Positions 1 to 9,587 of a stretch of 27,902 nucleotides of DNA are shown one piece after another; the first letter of the stretch is position 1; every line of letters begins with the position of its first letter. The notes beneath the pieces are model-generated. The model had not been told where the DNA came from and did no database searches. It saw only the letters and a list, made by a program, of their open reading frames with translations. The DNA comes from Octopus sinensis (Eukaryota). The position numbers were made by a program, and so were the translations under genes. The stretch covers positions 1-27,902 of the forward strand of contig NW_021827564.1 of assembly GCF_006345805.1 (NCBI RefSeq). The letters are read 5' to 3'.

Positions 1-186
1 TGGTCCCGGGTTCATTCCCACTGCATGGCACATTGGATAAGCGTCTCCGGGCCGACTAAAGCCTTGTGAGTAGGTTTGTAGACGGAAAACTGAAGGACGC
101 CCATCGTATATATATTTATATATACATATATATGTATATATTTGTGCATGTGTGTTTCTCCCTCCCCGTGTGTTTCTCCCCACCGT
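1..186 (+). mobile_element. CORE-like tRNA-SINE, 5' half (cut by window edge, internal deletion)
   Basis: B-box-like ggttcattccc, then gcacattggataagcgtct...gggccgactaaagccttgtgag...gtagacggaaaactgaag and (TA)n; colinear with the full copies at 3828 and 9137. Confidence 0.85.
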
Positions 187-200
187 ACCTATCTATCTAC

Positions 201-259
<59 letters not shown>

Positions 260-400
260 CTATCTATCTATATCAGTATGTCTGTTTATCTACCTGCATA
301 TATATTACACGTGTACGCACATGAATGCATACATATCCACGTACATATATACATACATACATATATATGTGTGTGTGTATGCGCGCGTGCGTGTGTGTGT
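187..400. repeat. (ATCT)n and (TA/TG/CATA)n microsatellite mosaic
   Basis: Direct tandem repeats; source of the ORFs at 66-421. Confidence 0.95.
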
Positions 401-420
401 TTGAGTTACTCTTCAATGTG

Positions 421-560
421 ATGTACTTAGCTTCATTGTTGAGCATAATGATAATGATGTTGTTAATGGTTGTGGTAGTTGTGGTTGTAATGCTGCTGAT
501 GATGTTGTCAGTCATGGTGGTGGTGGTATTGATGGAGTTAGTGGCGGCAAAGTTGGCGAG
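421..560. repeat. Degenerate (GAT/GGT/GTT)n trinucleotide low-complexity tract
   Basis: Direct inspection. Confidence 0.8.
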
Positions 561-627
561 TGACGACGCTGAAAGCGAAGACAAGGATTAGAACGTGTTG
601 CATGAGTCGCGTGTAGTTCCTATAATA

Positions 628-862
628 CCTATTTCTTTACTACCCACAAGGGGCTAAACACAGAGAGGACAAACAAGGACAGACAAACGGATTAAGTCAA
701 TTACATCGACCCCAGTGCGTAACTGATACTTATTTAATCGACTCCGAAAGGATGAACGGCAAAGTGGACCTCGGCGGAATTTGAACTCAGAACGTAGCGG
801 CAGACGAAATACCGCAAAGCATTTCGCCCGGCGTGCCAACCTTTCTACCAGTTCGCCGCCTT
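628..862 (-). mobile_element. Full-length Deu/Nin-like tRNA-SINE (tail type A)
   Basis: Minus strand reads ggcggcgaactggtagaaagg (A box)...gagttcaaattcc (B box)...gtccactttgccgttcatcctttcggagtcgattaaataagtatcag. 14-bp TSD tagttcctataata (614-627) / tagtttctataata (863-876). Confidence 0.92.
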
Positions 863-1204
863 TAGTTTCTATAATAGCTTAGAAGGTGATGGCCTCTCGT
901 AACATCAGATGTATGTACCAGTTGGTTAACTCTGTCCTTTGACAATAACTAGCATCTATAAAGGTTTGACTTCTTCCTCTTTCAGCTCGTTCTGGGCACT
1001 CATCATCAGTGCTGTCATTCTTCAACCAAAATAAAAAAAAACAACCCTTTTTTCGAGTGGGACAGTGTAATTCAGAAATTTATGTAATCAGTTAATTACA
1101 AGCTCTGTAGTTGAACAGTCAACAGGAAGGATGGACGAGATGAAAATTATTTGATGAAAATAGCGAATTTTGAGATGAAAATAAAATGTGACTGTAAGTC
1201 TTTA

Positions 1205-1322
1205 AGTGGGAGAGAGAGTCGGGGGAGTGAGGGAGAAACAGGAAAGAGAGAGAGAAAGAGAGGTAGAAGCAGAGAGACAGAAACTCAAGCAGAGAGAGAA
1301 GAGAGAGAGAGAGAGAGAGACA
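1205..1322. repeat. GA-rich polypurine tract
   Basis: (GA)n-type repeats. Confidence 0.9.
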
Positions 1323-2175
1323 AGGTGATAAAGATTTACAGATGTAAGTAAAGAGATCGTATGGAAAGGATTAATAAAGATGCCGTCCAGTATTTATACA
1401 GCTCATTATTTCATTACCACCGCCCATAACTGAATTCTTGGGATTATGTTAAATAATTTGGCAAAATTCTCGAAAGTTATCCGTTTCCAGAAGAAATTGA
1501 CTGTTCACTTGAGTTGAGACTAAGTCTAATGAACCATGTGACTTAACCTTCTGACGCATGAGGCTAAACCTAAGCCAATCATGTGGGAGGTGATTTTCGC
1601 TTATATATCAAAGACGTTTGTTCTTTTGTTAATATAAAGAAAGATCTATCGATAGTGTCTGACTGATATAAACGTGCCTTATAGCTTGTAATAGTTATTT
1701 TTTTTCTTTTTTAACATTTTATTTGCATTCTGGCAATCTAGTGATTCGGAAATATCAGAATAAAAGGATGTATATGGCAACCGTCTGTTAAGTTACGTAA
1801 CAAAGGTCATAGATTTAAATTCAAAGATAAAATATTCGTCACATAGAAAGATGGATTAGCATATATAACAGAGTATTATACGAAAACAACAGCATGAGAA
1901 ACACCATGAAAAACAATCCTAATAATTTAGGAGAATTTGACTTTTACAACGTAATATAGTTACATCGACAAAATAAGGCAGACAAATAAGGAAGATTAAG
2001 ATAACTATTAATACGTAAAAATATACTAGTTCGGATTGAGGTGTAGCATATGAATTAATAAATAAAAATGAGATATACGCATGCGCAAATGAAGACACAT
2101 ACAATAGAAATACAAAATACAAAATGGCTGACGGTTAGTAAGGAGAGACACACAAATAAGAAAGAAGAAAGCAAA

Positions 2176-2220
2176 GGACCACTGATGCGGTCACCGGAGT
2201 GTGACGAAAGAACTCTGGCC
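2176..2220 (+). ncRNA. Minimal type I hammerhead ribozyme-like motif (variant core)
   Basis: P1 GGACCA/TGG-CC, core CTGATG(C)G, P2 GTCAC/GTGAC, GAAA, 2-bp P3 (AG/CT), triplet CTC at 2213-2215. Confidence 0.6.
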
Positions 2221-2379
2221 GAAATAAGATTAAGATTAATGTAAAAAATAACGTTGAAGCAAAGTAACACCAAATATATAGTGCGTGTGTTTTTATTGAC
2301 TAAACTGGCAAAATGACCATTCCGAAATACAACAATAATGATAAAGAAATTGTCCAACAATCAGAGAATAATATTTTAC

Positions 2380-2574
2380 ATTGGTTTCAAATTTTGGCAC
2401 AAGGCCAGCAGTTTTGGAATGTGGGTAAGTTGATTACATCGACTCCATTACATGACTGGAATTTCTTTTATTGACCCCAAAAGTCTATCTCAGCGGAATT
2501 TGAACTCAGAACGTAAAGACGGACTAAATGCCGCTAAGCATTTTATCCGGCGTGCTAACGACTCTGCCATCTCA
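2380..2574 (-). mobile_element. Older Deu/Nin-like SINE (tail type B, ...ccttgtgccaaaatttgaaaccaat)
   Basis: Plus strand has gcggaatttgaactcagaacgtaaagacgg...gccgctaagcatttt...cggcgtgctaacg, the reverse complement of the SINE head. Confidence 0.85.
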
Positions 2575-2616
2575 ACTTCTTTAAAATAAACGATTGTTTA
2601 TTTTAACATCCTGGAT

Positions 2617-2820
2617 AAGGTAGCGAATTGACAGAAATCGTTAGCTCACCACATAAAACATTTGCAGCTCTTGAGTTCAAATGCAGTTGAAGTCGACTTT
2701 GTCTTTCATCATTTTGGAGTCAATAAAGTAAGTAACAGTTGCGTACCGGGACCAATGTAACCAATTCTACCCCTCCCACCTAAATTACTGGCCTTATGCC
2801 AAAGTCTGAAACCAATATTA
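2617..2820 (+). mobile_element. Older Deu/Nin-like SINE, array copy 1
   Basis: aaggtagcgaattgacagaaatcgttag...gagttcaaat...gtcgactttgtctttcatc...gaaaccaatatt. Confidence 0.85.
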
Positions 2821-2831
2821 ATATTTTGGAT

Positions 2832-3045
2832 AAGGTAGTGAGCCCCACAGAAAGCTGAGCGGAATTTCTTCCTGCGCCTTACGTTTTGAGTTCAAATTCT
2901 GCGGAGGATGACTTTGCTGTTCAACCTTTTGGCGTCGATAAAATAAAGTCGTAGTTGAGCTCTGGCGCCGATGTAATCGACAAATATCTCACCCCTCCTC
3001 CGCTCTAAAACTTCTGTCCTCGTCTCAAAATTTGAAAACAATATT
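2832..3045 (+). mobile_element. Older Deu/Nin-like SINE, array copy 2
   Basis: aaggtagtgag...gagttcaaattctgcggaggatgactttgc...gtcgataaaataaagt...caaaatttgaaaacaatatt. Confidence 0.8.
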
Positions 3046-3108
3046 GATATTATTGATGCATATCTGGCGTTCTGTCAAAATCTGAAACAAAATTTCTGAT
3101 GCGTTTTA

Positions 3109-3292
3109 AAGGCAGGTGAGGTGACAGAATCGTTATCACGCCGGACAAAATGCATAGCGGTATAGCAGTTCTGAGTTCAATTTCTGTCGAGGTTGACTTT
3201 TCAACCTTTTGGGGGACGATAAAATAAGTATAATCGAGTTTCACCCTCCTCCAAAGTTGCTGGTCTTGCGCTAAGACTTGAAACCAATATTA
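3109..3292 (+). mobile_element. Older Deu/Nin-like SINE, array copy 3
   Basis: aaggcaggtgaggtgacagaatcgttatcacgccgg...gagttcaatttctgtcgaggttgactt...gataaaataagta...gaaaccaatatt. Confidence 0.85.
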
Positions 3293-3623
3293 TTGATCCA
3301 TATACTCTGCTCACCCTGAGCGGATAGATATTACCAAAGGATATATATCTAAATGGATGTGGCACACATTTATGAGTTATACAATTGCAGAAAATTCATT
3401 TACTGCTTTAGTTACAATAGTCATATTGAAAGCTCAAGGAAAAGTTTCAGAAATAATAATTTATCCTGAATTTGATTCTAAAATTACGGAGATATACTTG
3501 CATAGCGAGTGACTTGATCTGAGATCATGTGCTAGAACGAAAACAATTGCAGCGTGGAAGATGTTTATAAGCCATTTAAGAAACACACAAAAACCGTTAG
3601 ATTCATTTCAACATTTAGATTGG

Positions 3624-3722
3624 ATTTGTCAAAATATTTTTGTTGCTTTGAGACCGTGCAGCAACGAAGCTTTGTCAGTGAAGAGGTCGCGGTCTGAAAG
3701 CGACGAAAATATTTTGACAAAT
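3624..3722. repeat. 33-bp inverted repeat (fold-back) overlapping a hammerhead
   Basis: atttgtcaaaatatttttgttgctttgagaccg (3624-3656) vs reverse complement of 3690-3722, atttgtcaaaatattttcgtcgctttcagaccg; 3 mismatches. Confidence 0.9.
3671..3721 (+). ncRNA. Minimal type I hammerhead ribozyme-like motif
   Basis: P1 TTTGTCA/TGACAAA (7 bp), core GTGAAGA+G, P2 GTCGC/GCGAC, GAAA, palindromic P3 AATATT, triplet TTT. Confidence 0.7.
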
Positions 3723-3827
3723 TGAATTTATATGATGAACTTCTAATATTCATGCTAAATACTACCTAACCATGAAGTTTATTTAATTTTATAAATGACT
3801 GTCGCTCCAATATGTTAAATATGACTA

Positions 3828-4235
3828 GGCGAAGGAGCGGCTGTGTGGTAAATAGCTTGCTTACGAACCACATGGTTCCGGGTTCAGTCCCACTGCGTGA
3901 CACCTTGGGCAAGTGTCTTCTACTATAGCCTCGGGCCGACCAAAGACTTGTGAGTGGATTTGGTAGACGGAAACTGAAAGCAACCAGTCGTATATATGTA
4001 AATATATATATATGTGTGTGTGTATACATTTGTGTGTCTGTGTTTGTCCTTCCAACATCGTTTGACAACCGATGCTGGTGTGTTTACGTCCCCGTAACTT
4101 AGCGGTTCGGCAAAGGAGACCGATAGAATAAGTACTAGGCTTCCAAAGAATAAGTCCTGGGGTCGATTTGCTCGACTAAAGGCAGTGCTCCAGCATGGCC
4201 ACAGTCAAATGACTGAAACAAGTAAAAGAGTAAAG
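3828..4235 (+). mobile_element. Full-length CORE-like tRNA-SINE with internal (TA)n(TG)n
   Basis: A box cggctgtgtggta, B box ggttcagtccc, CORE-like accttgggcaagtgtcttc, tail gactgaaacaagtaaaagagtaaag. Confidence 0.93.
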
Positions 4236-4266
4236 AAAACAGTTATATTACTATGAACTGGAATCC

Positions 4267-4643
4267 CCCCAAAATCCATCCCCTCCTCTGGGAACGCTGG
4301 CAACGGGTAGTGTCAGAGCTATGCCGTCGGTTCCTGGTAGGGCCACCCAAGGCGGATTGGTCTGACACCGAGTGGTATTAGGGCCACAACCCGGCAGACG
4401 GAAAATCCTCAGAGTGTCTGTTTCGGCAACCGGCGGCTCCTCGGTCGTTCTGTCGCTGCGTCTGCGGACAATCTGCGGCAAACAGGATGTCTTACATGCG
4501 GGATTGTTGGGGACCGCTTGTGAAATTCATATTCCCCACAAAACCTCTTCCACTGCCATGGTTCGAGATGCCTCGAGGTTGGTGGTAGGAGAAGCCGACT
4601 CAACCCGCCCAGGGTGAATGTCGCCACAAGTACAAGTAAGTAA
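4267..4643 (+). mobile_element. Non-autonomous RTE-like retroposon (5'UTR-like head + (AAGT)n tail)
   Basis: 12-bp TSD gaactggaatcc at 4255-4266 and 4644-4655; tail acaagtacaagtaagtaa; gagctatgcc...ctggtagggccacccaaggc resembles RTE-clade 5'UTRs; no tRNA head. Confidence 0.8.
4274..4357 (+). ncRNA. HDV-like ribozyme fold, probably decayed (P1 5' strand absent)
   Basis: P2 ATCCATC/GGCGGAT (1 mismatch), P3 CCC/GGG, L3 TCCTCT, P1' AACGCT, GG for P1.1, J4/2 C-C-A-A at 4347-4350. Confidence 0.55.
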
Positions 4644-6192
4644 GAACTGGAATCCTGAAGGTTTGGAACAACTTTAATTACCAAAAAGTCGATGAAGCAC
4701 TCCAACCTTCTAATTGTTGCTTTATAACAGTGATAATATGTTAAAAGAGAAATAGCTACATGAATAAAGATGACCTGTTGAAGGACTTGAGAAGAATCAA
4801 CGTCAGTGGAAGATTAGTCGCCTTAAGCTTTCAATGATTTCGTGTTAAGCTTTAATATCGTTACTCCACCAATCACGCATTTTAAGCTATTTATCTCATA
4901 TTTTATTAATTAGTTATTTGTTAAAAACAACGAGTATCGCAAAAACAGAATGAAAAGTCATAGCTATATAAATCGCTGCGTAGATAAACAGCTGGCCAAA
5001 TAAAAAATATTATATTTAGATATTCATCGCAAAAGAATTAAAAAAATGTTTTTCATAATCTTCATCTTTTACAAAAATATTTCAATACAAATTATTATTT
5101 TTTTGTCAAGAACACCAGTTTTTGTCATAATCTTACAACGAACGGAAAGTTCTCTATCGAGGTTATTAATCAAACGTAATCGGTAATAGATCAATCTTCA
5201 TACTGTGTACGGACAATATCTAGGATTTCTATAACATCTGCCGATATGTTTTTTTCATTGTACAACTTATTTCCATTTAACACATAGAGAAGAAAAGATT
5301 GCTGATAATGTTTTTCTTTTTCTTTTATTATTATAATTTTTTATATAAACTGCCAATTTTCTATTGACAACAGCACAATAATAAGCAGAGGAAAATACGC
5401 AGGAAAAATGAGTTTTTTCCATAACTGCTGTTGTCTACGCAAAACCGAGCGAAATTTCTTACATTAAATTTCTGTGTCTACCTTGTCATTTTTAAAAGAA
5501 AAATCTTTTTTATATTTTTCATTTAGTTGGAGAAATAAAAGATGAAAATATTTCTGTGGCAAGCATCATTGATACAGACAGAACTAGATGTACTCAATAC
5601 AAGAAACGTGAAGTTTGTGTATAAAGCACTTCCTCATGATTAAATATGTTAAGATAATTTCGTTAAAACATGAAATGTTTCGAATCACTTAATATTTGAG
5701 AAAGTATTTGAGGATGGCATTATAGTAAAACTCGACTTGTTAAACTCCGTCGTGAGTTATTTCTTTATTGTAGGATCAACAAGAAAAATAATGAGGTTGG
5801 ACAAAAGGACTTAAAAGAATATACTTACCATGAATGTAGAACAGACTATTCCAAGGATTTCTCTTCAGTAGTTTGACATTCTTGTTACTATTTCTTATTG
5901 AAGAAACTTGTTAAACGAAATTGACTACAGAATGATATTATACGAAAGTATCAATTGAAAAGACAAAAGCGCAAAGAAAACCAAAGAAAAAACAATATCT
6001 CTGATGGGAGTGGAATGTAAAGTTCAAGGGAAAAAAACCGAAAGCTATAAGTGATTCAAAGTCAAATTTCTCTACAGAAATAAAGACAAATTGACAAAGT
6101 AACAACATTCTATAGAATTTTAGATATTTCTGTGACATTGTCTAGCCAATATATCAACAAAACATATTTTTAAATAACTTCATATGTACGCA

Positions 6193-6194
<2 letters not shown>

Positions 6195-6272
<78 letters not shown>
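6195..6272. repeat. (CA)n microsatellite
   Basis: Direct tandem repeat. Confidence 0.97.
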
Positions 6273-6274
<2 letters not shown>

Positions 6275-7276
6275 TCTATAATAAGACTAATCTTATTTAA
6301 AGGAACACTGATGTCAACTCTTACGTCATGAGTAGCTACATAGCTACAAAGTCACACACACACATGGATACACTCATTCACACATCCAAACACACACACA
6401 CATATGATAAGAAAAAAAACAAAACATTTCTGACACGCACATTCTCAGCCGCATTCAGATCTACAGACAAATAAACGATACATTTCATATATAAATATTA
6501 TTGCAGATACAACTATACCCACGCATATTACAGTTTTTATTTTAAACTATTCCACAATCTTCAGTTCCTTAATAATTTTTTTTCCCCCGCTTTTGAGAAT
6601 GTCTTTTTCGCTTGCTTCTTTTCTTGTTTTTGTGTTTTTTTTCATTCTTTTCCTTCAAAATAGATATTTTACCATTATATTTTTGGCATCCAGTTTCTGA
6701 TTTGCTTTCATTGTCAATACATTTTCAAATCTGTTGTAATCTGTCCAAGATATCTACAGTTAGTTGTCAGATTTGTAAACAATATGTAAAAACAAAAACA
6801 CATCAAACATTGTATTTATTTATTTGTTTGTTTGTTTGTTTGTTTATGTTCTTTTATGTTAGCTAAGTGGTGTCGTGAAAATGGGTGTGTTATATAATAC
6901 AGAAAGGCGAACTGATATTTCTTTATCACGTATATATATACAGCTCTCTAAAAATGTCTGTCCTCAAAAATTTGATTCTTCTGTCAGCATTTTGATTATA
7001 TTATGTGTGTATTGTTATTTTTGAAGAAGAAAAAAAAGACGGAATTAAAGAAAAATGCGTATTCAAGAGAAGATAAGCGAAACTTAAAATAAAGTATAAA
7101 GTATATGAAAGTAGAAGGAAAGGAAGAAAGAAAGAATAAAGGAAGAAAGGAAAGAAGGGAAAAGAGGAGGAAGGAAACTGAGATGAATTAATTAAGTAAC
7201 ATTCAGACTGGTAAGAATTCGGTGAAAGTCAGCCACCAGAGTAAACGTGGCATTTGTATGAATGAATGAATAAAAG

Positions 7277-7279
<3 letters not shown>

Positions 7280-7315
<36 letters not shown>

Positions 7316-7597
7316 CATACATTTATACACACATACAAACACATATACAAACATGCATATACACATACATGATGCATACGTGCATACATATAAACGTACA
7401 TATGTACATAGATGTGTGTATGTATGTATGTTTGTTTATTTGTATGTATGTATGTATGTATGTATGTATGTATGGCAGGCAGGTATGTATGTATGTATGT
7501 ATGTATGTAGGCAGGTAGGTAGGTAAGTATATGCAGCAGAGAAAAAGGAGAATTATCGGTGATTCGGGCACAAGCCCTGTGGAAAAAGAAAGAAGAA

Positions 7598-7630
<33 letters not shown>

Positions 7631-7690
7631 GAGAGAGAGAAAGATAAAGAAGAGAGAGAGAGAGAGGGAGGGAGGGAGGGAGAGAGATGA
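7280..7690. repeat. (TA)n, (TATG)n and (GA)n microsatellite mosaic
   Basis: Direct tandem repeats; source of the 219-aa ORF. Confidence 0.95.
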
Positions 7691-8298
7691 GTGAAAAACG
7701 AAAAGTAAAACAAAGAAAAATGATTCCGTGAACTGTTGGTTGTTGAGATCTTAGTTATAAGATGAACAAAGGGAATGGAAGGATATGTGGTTTCTGAACA
7801 GAGGAGAGTAGGGGAGCTCAATGGGCTGACGGGAATTTTAGACATGCGCAAAGAGTGTTGTGAGCTGACTTGGTGAATGTTTGTGTGTTGGTGTTGTGTA
7901 AGTCAGTGAAATGTTCACGTATTAGAATACTATGGTATTTATATAGACACAACAGTGCGTCTGTATATGGGTGTGTGAGCGGACACAACAGCATGTATGT
8001 TTGAGTGTATAACAGTTGAAATGACAAGAAAAGCTATATGTACATATATACACCCATACACATACACACCCACACACAGACACATATATAGTCATGAATG
8101 AGTATATATATATAGTCATAAATGGCAATATACATATATGTGTGTGTATGTATGTGTATGTATGTATTATCTACGTTGAGTTGTAATTCAATATATATAT
8201 ATATATATATATAAATTAAAAGAAGGAAAATGCACACAGTTTACATAGCTTTAATACATATATTTTTGATATATCTTATAAGTGAAAGAGTATTGTGT

Positions 8299-8333
8299 CT
8301 GTCGACCGGTTTCGCTTTCGCTAATTATGACAA
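8299..8333 (-). ncRNA. Decayed minimal hammerhead at the Penelope-like 3' end
   Basis: Minus strand TTGTC-ataatta-GC gaaa GC-GAAA-CCGG-TC-GACAG; core matches CTGATGA at only 4/7 positions. Confidence 0.6.
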
Positions 8334-9136
8334 TGAAATTTTTGTAGTCTCGCATTTTCTTAAGAAGATTTTAGTCCATCTTATGTATGAGGGTTTGGGA
8401 ATGAAATGAATCCCCTATTGGGGAGGTAATTGGGGATTGGTATTATTCGGGACAGGGGCGGTAATAGCTCATTTTAGGGGGAGGGGTAAATAAATATACA
8501 AAAACTCAAAGCTAAAGTATTGAGATGAAATATTTACAGTGATGTGTATGTGAATATGAATTAAAATATATACTGAGGGCAAAGTTGGTTATGCGTTCAT
8601 AGATAAGCGTTTTCTGTATTTTTCGATAAATAAATTTTCTTTATTCAAATGTTCTTGTGCAGAAATTGTTTCTTTCAATGGTAAATGAGGAAAACTGTGA
8701 AGTTTGGTTGGGTATTACCTTCACATCTCTTTATGTGTCCACTCAAAGGAATCTGTCTGTACTGTGGTGAACGGATCTGTTCTTTATGTAGTGTGGTTCT
8801 CTGTCTAAGTGTCATACTTGTCTGTCTATATTGTTATGTCTACAACCTGAACAACACACAAGATAAATTAAATTCTCGGAGGCATAAGTGAAGTTAGTTT
8901 TAATTATGAACCTCCCTCTTCGCTTGAATAGGAATTCCAAGCCTGCTTCTATAGTTTAGAAGTTCACATTTATAAACCATTGGTTTCGTGGTTCTTGTAT
9001 AAAGCTTTGCGTTTGTCAGATGTCTTTTGAGCGATTTGTGTTGCATTTTGCATTTGATGGGTTTATGTGTTATCAGAATGTTGTTCATTTCTGGATCCCT
9101 AGTGAGCATAGGTAAATTTTGTTCAATAGTACAATA

Positions 9137-9307
9137 GGCGCAGGTGTGGCTGAGTGGTAAGTAGCTTGCTTACCAACCACATGGTTCCGGGTTCAGTCCC
9201 ACTGCATGGCACCTTGGACAAGTGTTTTCTACTATAGCCTCGGGCTGACCAAAGCTTTGTGAGTGGATTTGGTAGACAAAAACTGGAAAGAAAACCGTCG
9301 TATATAT

Positions 9308-9353
<46 letters not shown>

Positions 9354-9587
9354 GTATATATATATATATATATGTGTATATGTTTGTGTGTCTGTGTTTG
9401 TCCCCCAACATCGCTTTGACAACCGATGCTGGTGTGTTTACGTCCCCGTAACATAGCGGTTCGGCAAATGAGTCCAATAGAATAAGCACTAAGCTTACAA
9501 AGAGTAAGTCCTGCGGTCGATTTGCTCGACTAAAGGAGGTGCTCCAGCATGGCCGCAGTCAAATGACTGAAACAAGTAAAAGAGTAA
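9137..9587 (+). mobile_element. Full-length CORE-like tRNA-SINE inserted in the Penelope-like element; internal (CA)n(TA)n
   Basis: ggcgcaggtgtggctgagtggta...ggttcagtccc...gactgaaacaagtaaaagagtaa; degenerate TSD starting aatagt on both sides. Confidence 0.93.

Noticed and set aside
66-591. ORFs of 60-112 aa (poly-IYLS, poly-V/M, poly-T)
   Set aside because: Translations of SINE and microsatellite sequence; the same applies to most ORFs at 7192-8237, 18178-19065, 20253-20641, 22933-24253, 24707-25082 and 26886-27828
4372-4400. gtggtattagggccac resembling pistol ribozyme P1
   Set aside because: The required pseudoknot partner (CCCUAA) and the remaining pistol core are absent
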